Assembly (NCBI RefSeq): GCF_033153115.1 | Contig: NW_026889779.1 | Location: forward strand, 11,098,001-11,162,000 | Origin: Saccostrea echinata | Taxonomy: Eukaryota | Length of the DNA stretch: 64,000 nucleotides | Direction: 5' to 3' | Part shown: positions 34,901 through 49,095 of the stretch, piece by piece | How the letters are laid out: the number at the start of each line of letters is the position of its first letter | Position numbering within the stretch: position 1 is the first letter of the stretch | The notes under the pieces: model-generated | Told to the model about the DNA's origin: nothing | What the model saw: the letters and a program-made list of their open reading frames with translations, nothing else | The model's database searches: none | Position numbers and translations under genes: made by a program

Positions 34901-37900
34901 TAGGCCGGAAATTGAGAGTTTACTGGTTAGTTGTAAGTTCTTCAACCAGATAACTACAGCACTTAACTATGATGTAGTGTGAATTACTGTAACCAATACT
35001 ATGCACAAAAATCAATTTAGATATAATAAATGAAAAGGGAGTTTGTTTTTAATCTTACACTTCAACAAATTCTCTCAACAAATGGTTTACAATGACACTG
35101 TACTTGTTCAGTTTATTTTTTTCCACCTCTCCACTCAGTTGTGCTGTGTTTCCCATTAACAAGACTGTAGCTTCCTTCCAATGAAGGAATTTTCTGTTCT
35201 ACAATAAATTTTCCAGATGGTATTATTGAAAGACACTTTTAATAACCATTTTGCAGTAATACATGTATTCAGAAATAAATTCTGCCTTCTTTTTGGTAAT
35301 TTTTTGCACCGTTTACATTTACAGATTGACAGTAATTTTGCCCAGGTTTATTGTACTTTCCTCTATGATTAATTATAGAAGTGTTTCACGAACTGAACTT
35401 ACAATATGAAATATACTCTTTTCCTAAACTTTAGAATATAGATAATGTATACCTGTAGCATATAATGAAACATAGCCTTATAATCTACATGTATATATAC
35501 TGTTAGTGTAAATTTCAGTGTATGTATATGTTGAGTAAGTTTTAATTATTGTATCATGTACTTTATGCAGTTAAAAAATACAGTGAAAAATATTTAAAGC
35601 AAATGCGCTTATTCTGAATTCTTCTTTTATTATGAAGCCATACATTGTAATCAGTCAGTACAGTTTAATGAAATTTTAACTGTACACATGTATAACAAAG
35701 TTGCATTACAAAGCAGACTTGGTTGTCATTGGCGGTGGAATTTGGTGGCGCGCTATAATGATGTATATATATTTTTTTAAACAGAACATTAATTATTGTT
35801 GTAAGAAAGAAAATAATGTAAACTATTCTGATTTATATTTAAAGGAAAAATAAACTCCATTTAAAATATGGCATGTGCAATACATACTTTTTCATTTATC
35901 ACATACTTGCAAGTAGCTCTTTAATTTCAAGCAGTAATGAATTATTCTGCTCATTGGAATGTGAAATCAGAACTAGTGGAGGTTGATATAATATAAAGAT
36001 TCTCATGTTGATTATCAAAATAATAATTAATGACATGTGACATACTTCCCATACAGTTCATAAACTCAATTAATTTTATGAGTTACAATGTATGTCCAAA
36101 AAAAGTATGTGATAAAGACCATATGAGTGTTTTATATTTCACTTCAGTCTTTCTGATCTACATAAGTCTTTCATTGATGAGGGACTTTGGGGGAGGGGGT
36201 TGGGAGAGGGGTTATCATGAGGAATGTATAAAAACACTTGTGTTATACTGGTAGATGTCTATGGCCTCTGCAGCTGGTTGATTCATGTTTTTGGTTTTAC
36301 TCTTCTGAAAAGCATGTCTTGATTTTTTTGTTTATTTTGTATTAAGCTGATGGCATTACTGCAATAAAGTTAGTAGTATACAAATGTATATTATGTGCAT
36401 GTTGGACTTGATATAAACAACTGAACTGTAAAATTTATATGGAAAAAAAAATCAGATTTTAATGATCAAATGGTGTCATTAAGTTTTTAGGATCATTTTT
36501 TGTTTAATTTTTTTTTTTTTTTTGCCTTCTTGTTGACTTTTAAAATATGGATTATGATTTGTGACAGTCTGGTCAGATTTAAATTGTCTAATTTCTGTGC
36601 ATGTTGATTATAAACACCACAGATAGACGAGGATCTAACAGCCAGGATCAACATGGGGGACTATAGATTCTCCTTCCACGAGCGAGGCAAACTCTACTCC
36701 CCTGCCTGGATGTCCCCAGAAGGTAAGAGGATTAAAAGTTGTGGTGGATTTCAGACTCATAAAAGACTTTGCAGTCCTTAAGCTACAATTTTAGATTTTC
36801 TTAAATGTTATTAAATTAAACCCTTTTGTTAAAAAAAATCGACATTAAGGAAACAAAATCTGCTTTATCATACAAGTGGATGTAGTTTATTTATTTTATT
36901 TTATTTATTTTTTTTTTTTGCCATGGAATTGTAGAAATTAAAACTTAAAATAGTTCTTCTTTGCTTTCAAAATTAATTGAGTGAAGATCTCAAGCCTTGT
37001 GAAAATATTTTCAAAATATGAACTGGTACATGTACATAAAGATACATTAAATCTGTCTTTTTTTTATGTTAGCTTTACAGAGGCGACCAGAGGACATCAA
37101 TGTAAAGGCTGCAGACATGTGGAGTTTTGCTGTGCTACTGTGGGAACTTGAGACTAGAGTGGTACCACATGCTGAACTGTCACCCATGGAAGCTGGAATG
37201 AGAGTATGATTTTCTACAATGTTCTCTTGAAAAAATTTTATCTCACCTGAACCAAAGGTTCAAGTGAGCCTTTCTGATCAAAGAGTGTCTGACTTCAGTC
37301 TGTCTTCCTGTCTGTTGTCTGTGTGTCTATAAACTTTCTATATTTTCAATTTATATAGAACCACTGGGCCAGTTTCAACCAAATTTGTGACTTTCTTAGG
37401 TGAAGGGGATTCAAGTTTGTTCAGATGAAGAGAAATTCCTTCGTTTAACAAGAGAAAATTATGAAATTGTGAAAATATGGTCTGGTATTTTAAATAAAAA
37501 TTTCAAGAACCACTAAGCTAGAAAAGATGAACTCATTTGAATGCTTCCTCATATGGTGTTACCGTGTAGATTCAAGTTTCTTTAAATCATAGTCCCTGGA
37601 GCCAGCATGGAGCTGCAGTAGGGGAAATCAAAGTTTTATTTGAGAAAACAGGGACAAAGTAGTATAAAATTGTGTTTATAGTGAGCAGTTAACCCTCTGA
37701 CAAAATTGTGAAATTCATGGCCCCTTATGTTAAGGATTTATGCCCAAGGGTTGGACTTTCTTGGGTCATTATTTTGAAAATACATTAACCTTTGAAAATC
37801 TATTTTTAATCTTGAACATGTTACTGACCACTTAGAACCAGGGTTCAGGCCCAAGGGTGGGGCTTACTGTATATACTCACCAAAGTAAAGTCTGAATTTT

Positions 37901-38498
37901 GGGAGTTAGTTAGTTTTTATTTGGTAAGCATTAAAAAATTGCCAGTCACATTTTTTTTGGGGTGGGGGTGGGGGTCTCACACGGTGCCCGTGAAATTGTT
38001 AAACAGTTAGATAATGCTTATTCAATTATTGATTGCTCCAGCTATCAAAATGTTTTTAAACAGTTTATAGTGTAAGTGAATTGTTTTAATGATTATCAAA
38101 GTGTCAGAACATGACACAGTTAGGGTTTGTTCCTTTCCAATTAAAAATTTTGTTTTATTGCATTGTGGAATGGGGCAAAAATGGCACACTTTCACAGTTT
38201 TATATTACCAATGACTTATTCGTTGTACATAATTTAGCAGATTGGTTTACTCTAAGTGTAAAAAGCAAGCAGAACTATCTGTGTATTATTGTGTTAATAA
38301 AAACTAATATAGATTAAACAATTGTACATATGATTTTTTTTTTCATAGATTGCTATGGAGGGATTGAGGTTGACACTACCACCTGGAATGTCCTCTCACA
38401 TGTCCCGACTTGTTAAGATCTGCAGCAATGAAGAGCCAGGAAAACGACCCAAGTTTGATATGATTATTCCCATTCTGGAAAAATTAAAGCAGAAGTAG
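28938..38498 (+). CDS. ILK: Integrin-linked kinase (ankyrin repeats plus pseudokinase), 12 coding exons, 449 aa
   Basis: Exons 28938-29026, 30476-30641, 31140-31235, 31744-31840, 32058-32138, 32284-32369, 32738-32847, 33286-33407, 33633-33754, 36623-36722, 37073-37203, 38349-38498; 1350 nt, all [45 protein letters not shown]...[15 protein letters not shown]...[11 protein letters not shown]...[13 protein letters not shown]...PAWMSPEALQ...[13 protein letters not shown]. GxGxxG, HRD and DFG are degenerate, as expected for ILK. Confidence 0.97.
34300..34374 (+). CDS. ILK: Candidate alternative ILK exon, a diverged duplicate of exon 10 ([25 protein letters not shown])
   Basis: Acceptor ttttctAG at 34298-34299, donor GTAATG at 34375; 75 nt, phase 0/0, no stop. 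The peptide aligns to exon 10 ([13 protein letters not shown]...GKLYSP). Confidence 0.72.
37236..37870 (+). mobile_element. Helentron-like satellite-bearing element in ILK intron 11
   Basis: 5-prime terminus TTTTATCTCACCTGAACCAAAGGTTCAAGTGAGCCTTTCTGATCA, a GTCT microsatellite, and satellite monomers. Confidence 0.65.
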
Positions 38499-40127
38499 AG
38501 GAGACAATTCAAACAAGGCACAGTTGAATGGTGTTAAAGAACATTGAGCCATATATAACATGTTATCAATCTATCCTTCTTCTAACTTCACAGAGTGCCA
38601 AGTTAAATTGTACATGTACATTTAAATATGGTATACTACGTATGTGTATACATAAATAACACATTAACTTACATTTAGAGAGTGATGATAAGTTAAAATT
38701 GACAAACTGTATTTTTGTTTTTTTTTGTTTTTGCAAATCTCAGATTTGATGTACCGGTTCATATATGCTATACAAGGAAAAGTGCCTTCAGCTTTTTTTC
38801 CATGGAAGCTTTTAACCACCTTCCAAAATTAATTTATAAATATGATAACTGACTGCATGATTATTAATTTATTGAGTTATTATGGGTTAAACAATATTGA
38901 TAACTTTCTGCAGTAAGTGCACTTTACAGTTTTTCAAACTGATTATGAACTATTTGTATAAAGCATCAAGAACTTTGTGATTTAACTTGAAGTTTCCTTC
39001 TTCTTTTTTTTTAATGCAGTGCTCTAAATGAAATATAGGACTGTGTATGACATTGAATCTGGTTTACTTTAGCCACATGCTGTGGTATTCATGTTTATTT
39101 CAGTTTGTACTAGACTTTACTTAATAAGGAGCATACAATGTAAATTTTTAGATGTTAGATTCTTGTATTGGTGCTACATATACATGTACGTGTGTCTACA
39201 GTTTTTGTACATAAGCTACCTTTATTACTGCCAATTATTTATATCTGGTTTTATATGTATGTCATAGCTTTATATTTTATGGTGTCATAATGCATGACTT
39301 TTTTGTATGATGCTGAGCAATGCTTGTGTTTTGAATCTTGTATATGTAAGCAATTTATTAGACTAGTGTTTCTGAGTTGAAGATTTTACGGCATATTAAA
39401 GATTGTTTTTTTTTTAAATCAAAGTAGAAAACAAAAACAAAAGATAAAGTGCAGATAACTTGAGTGTGAAGTTCATGACAAAAAGTTAATTAGTTGATGT
39501 TAAATAATACTCAGACTTATATTGGAGGTGTCTTCAAACAATGAGAAGTGTTTTAAAGGCACAAGTCTATATAGAAGTTATATTTTTATCTTGGAAACTT
39601 TGTGGAACCTTTCATCAACGGACATCTGATTGAGAAATTACAAAAACTGCATTTTATGCATGAACTGATGTGAATAAAATTTCAAACAAAACATATAAAT
39701 GTTTAGAAAGATTGTCTTCTCAGCAGCTTTTATAAATGTTACAAATGTTAGTGTAAATATTTGTGTGCAAAAATACATTTCTATTATAAAGATAGCTGCA
39801 TGAACCTTAAGATTTTGTGATTTATTAAATGATTAGATTACATTACCTAAGAAAATCAATAAATTTATTGATAAAAATGTGGTTCATAGTCCTCCAGAAG
39901 TTTTATTTAATATGTATGACCATTAAAAGTAAACAAAACACTAATTATTCTCTTTCTTGTAATTTCCAAGGACGGTATTTGTTTGAAATGGGGACAATAT
40001 ATAATTAAGTCAAGTATTTTAAAAACAGTGGTGTACTATGTTGTCTGCAAGCTTATATCAAGAATATTGTGTCATCAAGATTCCACCTTGGTACGACTTG
40101 TCTAGCACCGGTTAGGCCATTGAAAAC

Positions 40128-41723
40128 ATGGAGAATCCAGAGAACCCACGAGTTTTCTTTGATGTTCAAATAGGAGGCGAAAATGGCAAGACATTCTTCC
40201 ATTTATTGTTTCTTTCATATCAGGTGTAAATGAAAAAAGAGGAATTTAAATAAAGACCTGACTTTGTAATGGAAAACCCATTCTTTTAGAAAGACCGCGG
40301 TATTGTGCGGTGTCTCGAATTTTCTCTAAATTTTTAATGCAATTAGCAATGCAACATGGTTGTAAATGTTAAACTATTTTTTTAATCGAATTTAATGAAT
40401 TTCTAATTTGTGACCCCCAGTCTAACGTCGAATACGATATATAATGTAATCAATGATACATTATTTAAAATCTTCAATCAGGGACCTATATACTAAGTAT
40501 ATAGGTCCCTGCTTCAATGAACTGTATTATTTTGTAGTGGGCAGAATTGTCTTTGAATTATTCAAAGATAAACTTCCTAAAACCTGTGAGAACTTCCGAG
40601 CACTGTGTACAGGAGAAAAGGGCACTGGAGAAACAACAGGATGTCCACTCCATTTTAAGAATTGTCCTTTTCATAGAAGTATGTAGGGCAATATTATTGC
40701 AAAGCATCAGTACCATGCATTTATTTCAGCCTTTGAACCAATACAGCAATAAATATTACATTACTTGAAACAGTGATATAAACTTTAGGGAGAGGAGAGA
40801 AGTGTTATTGTCAGTATAGGCACACATGTGTAATGTCGGACTGACATGAATGTGTACTGAAGTCCATTGCACATAAAAACATTTCTGTGGTCATGAAAAA
40901 ATATCACAAAATATGTGAAAAAGTATTGCATTTCCTTGCATAATTCTTACAAAGAGAATAATACTTCCTCATTAGTAATTAATTTATTGTGGACATCCTT
41001 TATTTATTAGGATTGTCTGGAGGGTAAGTAGACAAGTACAATCCTAAGTTCCAGTTTTGCTTAAAAACTAACAAATCAAAGTAGACAAGTATTTATTCTT
41101 AATAAAGTAGGTTTGTCTTTGGAAGAAAAATGGAATGCATATAGAAAAATAATCTAGGGAGTTGTAAATCAGCTTGGCATATTTTGCCAGGTCTCCCATG
41201 GGTACTAAAGATCAACATGTTTTTGTAGTTGGTTAGTCGTAAGCAAATCAGAATATTGTATACAGGGAAATTTTTGCCATCATTTTCTTGTCCAACAGAA
41301 GAATTCAAAGAAGACAGCATCATCTCTTCAACACAACTGTGTCTGGGTAGATTAAAATTGGGAAAAATTGTTTGCAAGTGTGAAAGGGTGAAAATAATAT
41401 GGGACAAAAATAACTCTCTATACATTTGCATTGTAAACTTATGAAAACTTTTTTTTTAAATGCCATTGCCACAAGTAAACTGCAACTTAAGTGTAAGAAA
41501 ATGATCTTTATATTTCAGTAATAAAGGATTTTATGGTCCAAGGAGGGGACTTTTCCAATAAAAATGGAACTGGGGGAGAAAGTATTTATGGAGCTAAATT
41601 TGAAGATGAGGGATTCCCGTACAAAGTAAGAGGCTTATTGTGAATGCAATAACATTAGGCCAAACAAAAAAATATGTGTGGTTCCGGTTACACTTCCAAA
41701 AAAATTAGGGTAGGTAGGTAGGG

Positions 41724-41758
<35 letters not shown>

Positions 41759-44700
41759 AAAATGATTTTCTTAATTTTTTCTAAATAATACCTATCACTG
41801 CTTTGCAAATGGCATTTAGATGAGGTGTAATGATATACTAGTCAATATTGGTAGGGGACACCTACATGCTAGCTTGCTTTGGATTTAACACTATTAAACA
41901 CTTGCACATTGTTTTGCAAGGAGGCCATCATTGCTGAAACTAAAACTTAAACTGGAGCCATTAATGGAAATCGGGGAAAATTCTGGAAAAAATATGAAAA
42001 TTGCCTAAAAAAAAGTTTAGGGTTGGGGGTATAAAATAGGGAAGGTCGGGTAACTGGAACCACACATATTTTTTTATTTGGCCTTAGTGATAGATTTATA
42101 AAGTGTGATGATTTTTGGATTTTTATGTCCCTGCTGTGAATATTGCAGGGGCATATAGTGTTTACCATCTATCTTCCATCCCTCCTTACATGTACTACTG
42201 TACTCTGTCTGTCAGTCACACTTTGCATTTACTCCTTTTAAAAGAAACTGTTAAAGATGCCTTAACCAGAATTTGTACACTTATACATATTAGAGAGAGA
42301 GCTATTCAACTGTGTCATAATTTTCTGACCTTCACCTACCCGTTTCCTTGACCTCACTGCCAGGGTATTCCCTATTTTGTGTTTAGGTAAAGTAACTATT
42401 CTAGATTTTTTTTTAATCAAAACTCATATTCATGAGTTTTTTCCAACAAAGTCAATATTTTTTTACCTTGGCCTTTCCTGTAACCTTGACATCACTACAT
42501 GTATTTGCTATTTCGCATTTAGCTCAGTTTTGAAGATATTTTAAAACTTAAACACTAGCTGATACATACAGGTGGGAACTATTCAAACTTTATAATTTTC
42601 TAACCTTCCCTATGACATAGACCCTTCTATTCCTCATTTTGCATTTATATCAATTTCAAAGAGACTGTTCAAGTTTTAAAATTTTCATCAAACTTCATAC
42701 AAAGATACCAATTATTAAGAGATATTTTAAATATTTCATAATTTTCTGACCATGACATTATGTAAAATCATGACCCCCCTATCCTCACTTTAAATTTATG
42801 ATCTCTTAATTTCAAAGAGACTGAGATATTTTCATCAAACTTTATACAAAGATACAAATTATAATAAGAATATATTTCTAATATTTTTGAACAACTGCAT
42901 AGTTTTTGAATAAACAATAGTCAATTGCATTTAGCAGCATAGATCTAAAAGAATAGTCAATAACTTCATAGAAGATAAAATATAACTTTTCAATGTATTG
43001 TTTATATTAAAAAGAAGAATAACATATGGGCACCAATGCTATACCAGGGATATTATACAAGAGAGGATGTTGAAATATTTGTGGCGCTCATGAAATATAT
43101 TTGGGGCACTCTCAAATTGAATTTAGGGCACTGGTACAAGTACTTGGGCACCCGTGAGAGACTATGGGGCATTCTTGTGGGGGCATTCTGGTTTGGGGGC
43201 AAAAGGAAAGTAACCCATTATTTTCTTACTTTGATATTTTCATCGTCAGACCTTTACCTCACTCTTCCTTCATTATGCAGTTACCTAAATTTTAAAAAGG
43301 TGTTCAAGATATCTTTTTTTTTTTAAATCAAACTGGTTATATTGATACAAATTGGTGAGAGCGATTAAATGCAATTAAATGTGTCATATTTGTTTTTTTT
43401 ACCTTGACCTGCTGCATAACCTTGAATTTAAATTTTTTCCCCATTTTGCTCTTAGTTCATCTTACATAATTTCATAAAGGATTACTTTATAAAACTCCAC
43501 ACAGCGATAAATCTCTGTAAGAGAATTTTAACCATACATCCTTAGGAGATCATATAAAAACGTTGTAAATATGAACTTGAAACAGTGAGACTTCATTTAG
43601 CTGTTAGATGATAGATTGGAACTACATATCATGCTATGAAGGACAACAACTGTACTGAGGTTATCAGTTCTGTATGGAGAAAAAAAATCATCATATTTGA
43701 CTATTTTCTCTGACCAATGAAGGAAAGTACTTTTTTTTTCATGTTGCAATAAAAATGTATTTGGGGTGGGCCCTCATGTCTTTTGGACAAATTTCTAGTT
43801 TTTATAATTTTATATTTCAGCATGACAAGGCAGGTCTTCTCAGTATGGCCAATGCAGGTCCTAATACAAATGGATCACAGTTCTTTATTTTGTGTAAGCC
43901 AGCTCATCATCTAGATGGTAAACATGTAGTTTTTGGAAAAGTTATTAAAGGAATGGGTGTTGTTCGTGAACTGGAGAATGTGGAAAAAGAAGGAGAGAAT
44001 CCAAAATTGGTATGTAAAAAAAAAAGAATTGGTAGGATGTATAGAATTTTTTTTTTAAATTTACATACAAAATTTTGTGGAAAGTTTTCTTTTGCTTTGT
44101 GCTTTTGAAATGACAATGTCAAGACCATAAAAAGGGAGGTGTTGTTGTTTTGTTTTGTTTTTTCAAAGTGCACAGTTTTCTTTAGAGGTAAACCATTGTT
44201 TTCAGTTATAAAAGTCCGAAATTAAGTAAAATGGATAATTTTATTGGATATATGATAGTTTGTGGGGAAAAATACACATACTTGTACATACAACTTTAAA
44301 AGTACCATAAATTTGACATATTTCCTACAGGAGTGTATAATCAGTGATTGTGGAGAGTTAGCCCCCGGTCAGGATGATGGTGTGTCCACAGGTGATGAGA
44401 CAGGTGATGCGATTCCAGACTGGCCAGAGGACTGTGATGTAGATTTCAGTAATGTATGTATGATTATTATAAATTTGTGGGTCACCCTTATGAACGAATT
44501 TACATCCCCATGAACAATTATTTTATTAATGTATTGATTTACTGAAATTAGCTACCAATGAAATTATATCCCTACGAACCAGTAAAATTTTGCTTGCCCG
44601 GTAACATTGATCCCCATGATTTAAAATAATTCCACAGTACACTCCTGTGGTTGGAGACACTGTAGGTTATTAAAGCATCGAGCAAAGTATCATCTTTGAA

Positions 44701-47700
44701 AATAAACACTGGGTTAAAAATTGACACCAAGTCACATATATTTATTTCCAATGGAAAGACACTACATCTACACATTTTATATACCTGTAATGTGTATTAA
44801 ATAATCTGTGATCATATATTATTACAGTCTGAAAACAAAGACAAAGTGTTAGAGATGGTAAAATCCATAAAAGACTCTGGTAATGCGTTGTTTAAGGAAC
44901 AGAAATATCAACTAGCAAAGAGAAAATATAAAAAGGCTCTCAGGTAAATAAAGATTAATAGACTGACTCTATACATACTCTCTAGAGACAGAAAAGTGTA
45001 TTCCTTGAACTGGTAACGGGTATATGTTTGTATACCATGCATCTAGTTCATAAAACTTTTGGCTCTAAGAGACCAGAAGAGATAATGCATTGGTAAAGTG
45101 TCCATCATTGATTTGTACATGTACCTGCCATTTCATCTGTAAAATAATATTCAAAATCCAGCTTAATTCTCTTAGTCTGATCAACAAAACTTGGTACAAT
45201 GTTAGACCACGTCAGGTACCTAATTCAGTGTATTGGTTTTGGGTTTTGATGAGGTATGTTGCTTATTCTGAAATAGAAAAATCTGTGATTTTTAGCTCTA
45301 CTGGTCAGAGACCAGTAATTGCTGTAAACAGTGTTTCAAAATGCTACTTCTCCTACAGTTTTGGTCCAAGTTCAGTAAGACTTAGTATACAAGTAGACTA
45401 TACTAAGATAATAATTCTCTATCTTTTTTTGGATTTCAATAAATGGCATTGCCAAAGTTACTAAAAATAGAAATTTCTGTGAAATTCTTTCAAAACATTA
45501 CCCCTCTTATGGTTTTGGTTGGATCAGTAGAGCTATAGTCTCATCAGAGAGTTCTGGTTTTCAATGCTACTGTCATAAAATTATATTTTTATTTCATTAG
45601 AACTGGGGAACAAATTGACTATATACTTGTACATGTAGATATATGCAACTTTTTATATTTATTACACATGTATATTGATTTTGATGAGTGATATAGGTAT
45701 GACTTGAAATGTAATAATCTGCAAAGTTCTTTCAAACTGCTACTTCTTTTTCAGTTATAATCTTATTTCAGAAAAAAAACTTTGTTCATAAGTAGACTCA
45801 TACACCAATATACATGTACACTATTATTTGTGTTGATTTTTTTTATTAAATTGAATGTGATTCCATGGTAACTAAAATAAAAAAAAAAGAATTGGTAAAA
45901 TTTTAAACAAGGCTACTAGATTTTGAGTTCATTTTTCTAAAATGAGATACAGTTCACAAAATATCATAACTGACAACTCTTAATATAGTCTACTTGTATA
46001 CTAAGTCTTACTGAACTTGGACCAAAACTGTAGGAGAAGTAGCATTTTGAAACATTGTTTACAGCAATTAATGGTGTCTGACCAGTAGAGCTAAAAATCA
46101 CAGATTTTTCTATTTCAGTATAAGCAACATACCTCATCTCATCAAAACCCCAAACCAATGCACTGAATTAGGTACCTGAAGTGGTCTAACATTGTACCAA
46201 GTTTTATTGATCAGACTAAGAGAATTAAGCTGGATTTTGAATATTATTTTACAGATGAAATGGCAGGTACATGTACAAATCAGTGATGGACACTTTACCA
46301 ATGCATTATCTCTTCTGGTCTCTTAGAGCCAAAAGTTCTATAAACTAGATGCATGGTATGCATGGTAGAATGGTGTAAAAGCTTGATATAATGAAGCACT
46401 CAAATCCATGTGCAGCTTTTCTTTCATACAAGTCTAACCAATGGAGAGACAGTTCCTTCAGAAACTTATGGTTGAACATTTCAGTTTTCAGTTATTGTTT
46501 AATGTTTATACTCCAGGAATGTAGAAACACGTTAATATAATATAACAATCAAAAAATGTTTATACATGTAGGTAATCAGCTTTTTATTTTCAATTTTGAA
46601 CTTATTCACCCCCCTTTTTTTTTCAGATATTTAAATGAAGTCGACAACAACATGGATTTAAGTGATGAAGAAAATAAAGACATTGAAACATCATATCTAA
46701 TTCCAGTTTCTCTTAATTTGTAAGTACATGTACTACTGTTGTTCTATATTTGACACTTGCAAATGCAAAAGTAGTCCCCGGACGTCACAGTGCACATGCA
46801 GGCTGATATGGCTCTGTATAAACCCAGCTTCTCTCTATATGATTTATTGAGAAATACATGATATATCAAAATACATGTACTGTATATATTAATATTTTCA
46901 TACTGTGCAGTTTGTTTTAGTTTTATTATAAGAATGGTAATTATCATGCTAAAACATACATGTATTTAATTTTTACTGATCTTACTGCCTTTTTTCTTTG
47001 CTAGAGCTGCATGTCACCTTAAACTAGAAGAATATGATCAAGCCATTGAACAATGTAATGAAGTAAGAAGACTTTTTCTTAAAAACATTTGAATGTGTTT
47101 AATTTCTCAAACACTTGAGGATTCATGAAAGTCATGTCTTTATAATTGCATGTATATAACCACGAGTTTTGCAGTCATATCCAATTATAACATTTAATAA
47201 CATTTTATAACATATAACATTTAATGGATAATCTCCCTCTGCAATTTGATATACATAAGAGTTTGCACAGTGTATTTAGATGTCAGTTTCATTCAAAAAA
47301 AACATTCTTTACTAACAGCATTACAACCAGAGTAAAAACTTAGCATGATTTGTATTTTATTCCATGTTCAGTGTAACATATCAATTTAGGTTGGATCAGA
47401 GGGAATTGGCATTTTAAATGGGTGTTAATCTTTCTTTAATATGTCATAAAGTAGATATGCAAGAATATTTTTGAAACATAAACCAGTGGGGGCTATGTGT
47501 GCTTCCATATCTCAAAAAGGTTTGGATTTTTTCCAAAGAAGTTGACAAGAAAAAACAAGTTTGCTTGATAAAAGTTATCTAATTTATGCAAACCTCAGTC
47601 TATGAATACAATTTCAGTTTTTTTCTTTCAGTTAGAGCTACATTATAAGCATTTGTTTGGAGATATTTCTCAGTAATTTCTTACTGGCCAGATGAGCATT

Positions 47701-49095
47701 TAGCCCGTGGGCCTTTTGCTTCCTAATTTTTTAAAAATATTTATAGTATATGATGTGAGCTTACTTAATAATCATTTATACTGTTTTTTCCTACTTTTCA
47801 GGTACTAGCAGCAAATGATAAAAATGTCAAAGCGCTGTTCAGGAAAGGCCAAGCAGAGAGTGCCCGCAAGAACTTTGATGTGGCCGTGGTATGTATAAAT
47901 TTTGTCAGTGTTTTCAGCAGATGTCTTAATTTCTCAAAAAGAAAACAAATCTGACAGTCAACAAGCTACCCAAGATTCAAGGTTTTCACCAATAAATGCA
48001 ATATGTATTTGGAAATTTAAATTCTGAATTCCAAATTTCTTTATCTGCATGTACTTTATTTATTCTTTAAAAATTAAGCTATGAAAAATTTAAGTTTAAA
48101 TATTATTTACATTTCTTTCTAGGCTTGTTTAAGTGAAGCTGCTAAACTGGAACCATCTGATAAAGGTAATGCATTTTCCTAATTTAAAAAAAAAGAAATA
48201 AACTTGGTGCTTTTGCTAACATACAATGTTGTTATACACATGTAAATATTTGAGTATCGCGGGTATTGTCATGATATGATAGGTATCATGTTACTACGAC
48301 AAAATAATACTGTGTGTCATGATACAATTAAATATACAATGTAAAGCAGAAAATTGTTTCTTTTGTTCTGTATAATGACATAATAAAGGTATATCAGTAT
48401 AACATCATGTGTATAATAGCAATTTATTGTATATTTTGGAAAAGAACACTTTGATTACTTGATCACTGTAATACTACTTACTCATTTCATGAAGTACCAG
48501 TTCCCTTTTTACAGTTTTTTCCCCTAATAAATTCGGTACATGTGTATTTCAGAACTTGTATGTCACTTGTGGTCATTAAAGGTCAATTAAGAAATGAATT
48601 TAAATTATGAGAATTCATGAGGACATGAACTACGACGCTTCACGCCAGCATATTTCATGATGTGTGTTAGCGCTTCATGATAAATATGCAGTCGTGAAGC
48701 ATTGTACCGGTAGTTCATGTACCTCATGAATTCTCAAAGATTAAATGATGTTATCATCCGTGCACCATAAGGCGATACCACACATAACATAAAATCTCAT
48801 ATTTTGTTTATTTTAGTATATATCAATTTGAAATTTGCTATGTATATTGATTAAAAATGTACTAAAGAGTAGTGAAAATTTTAGAACACAGTGTTGTTTA
48901 TTTTTCACTGTAGAAAACTTGTCCACAATTTTACCGGACAACCATCATATGTACAAAATGTACCATACAAAGCCACCACACGATTTTTTTTCCATTTGAA
49001 TTTTAGGTATTCAGAGAGAGTTGGCAAGGGTTCAGAAGGTTATAGAGGAATATAAAGCTAAAGAGAAAAAAATGTATGCCAAAATGTTTGCATGA
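40128..49095 (+). CDS. PPID: Peptidyl-prolyl isomerase D / cyclophilin-40 (cyclophilin plus TPR), 11 exons, 367 aa
   Basis: Exons 40128-40185 (GC donor), 40538-40678, 41519-41625, 43821-44009, 44331-44453, 44828-44943, 46627-46719, 47005-47062, 47802-47888, 48123-48165, 49007-49095; 1104 nt. Motifs [65 protein letters not shown]; TPR segments [20 protein letters not shown]; C-terminus [11 protein letters not shown]. Confidence 0.96.
41658..42083. mobile_element. Zator-like (or Harbinger-like) MITE in PPID intron 3
   Basis: TIRs of about 34 bp, GGCCAAACAAAAAAATATGTGTGGTTCCGGTTAC / GTAACTGGAACCACACATATTTTTTTATTTGGCC; TTA TSD on both sides; GGTAGGTAGG subterminal repeats. Confidence 0.8.
45032..46359. 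repeat. Long inverted duplication in PPID intron 6 (arms 45032-45408 and 45978-46359)
   Basis: Arms of about 375 bp are near-identical reverse complements with a ~570-bp spacer. This explains the twin ORFs 45090+ and 45964-. Confidence 0.92.
48608..48736. repeat. Palindromic hairpin element in PPID intron 10
   Basis: TGAGAATTCATGAGG..ACATGAACTAC..GCTTCACG..GCATATTT / AAATATGC..CGTGAAGC..GTAGTTCATGT.CCTCATGAATTCTCA. Confidence 0.75.

Noticed and set aside
45090-46158. Two similar ORFs on opposite strands as a gene pair
   Set aside because: They are the two arms of the intronic inverted duplication.
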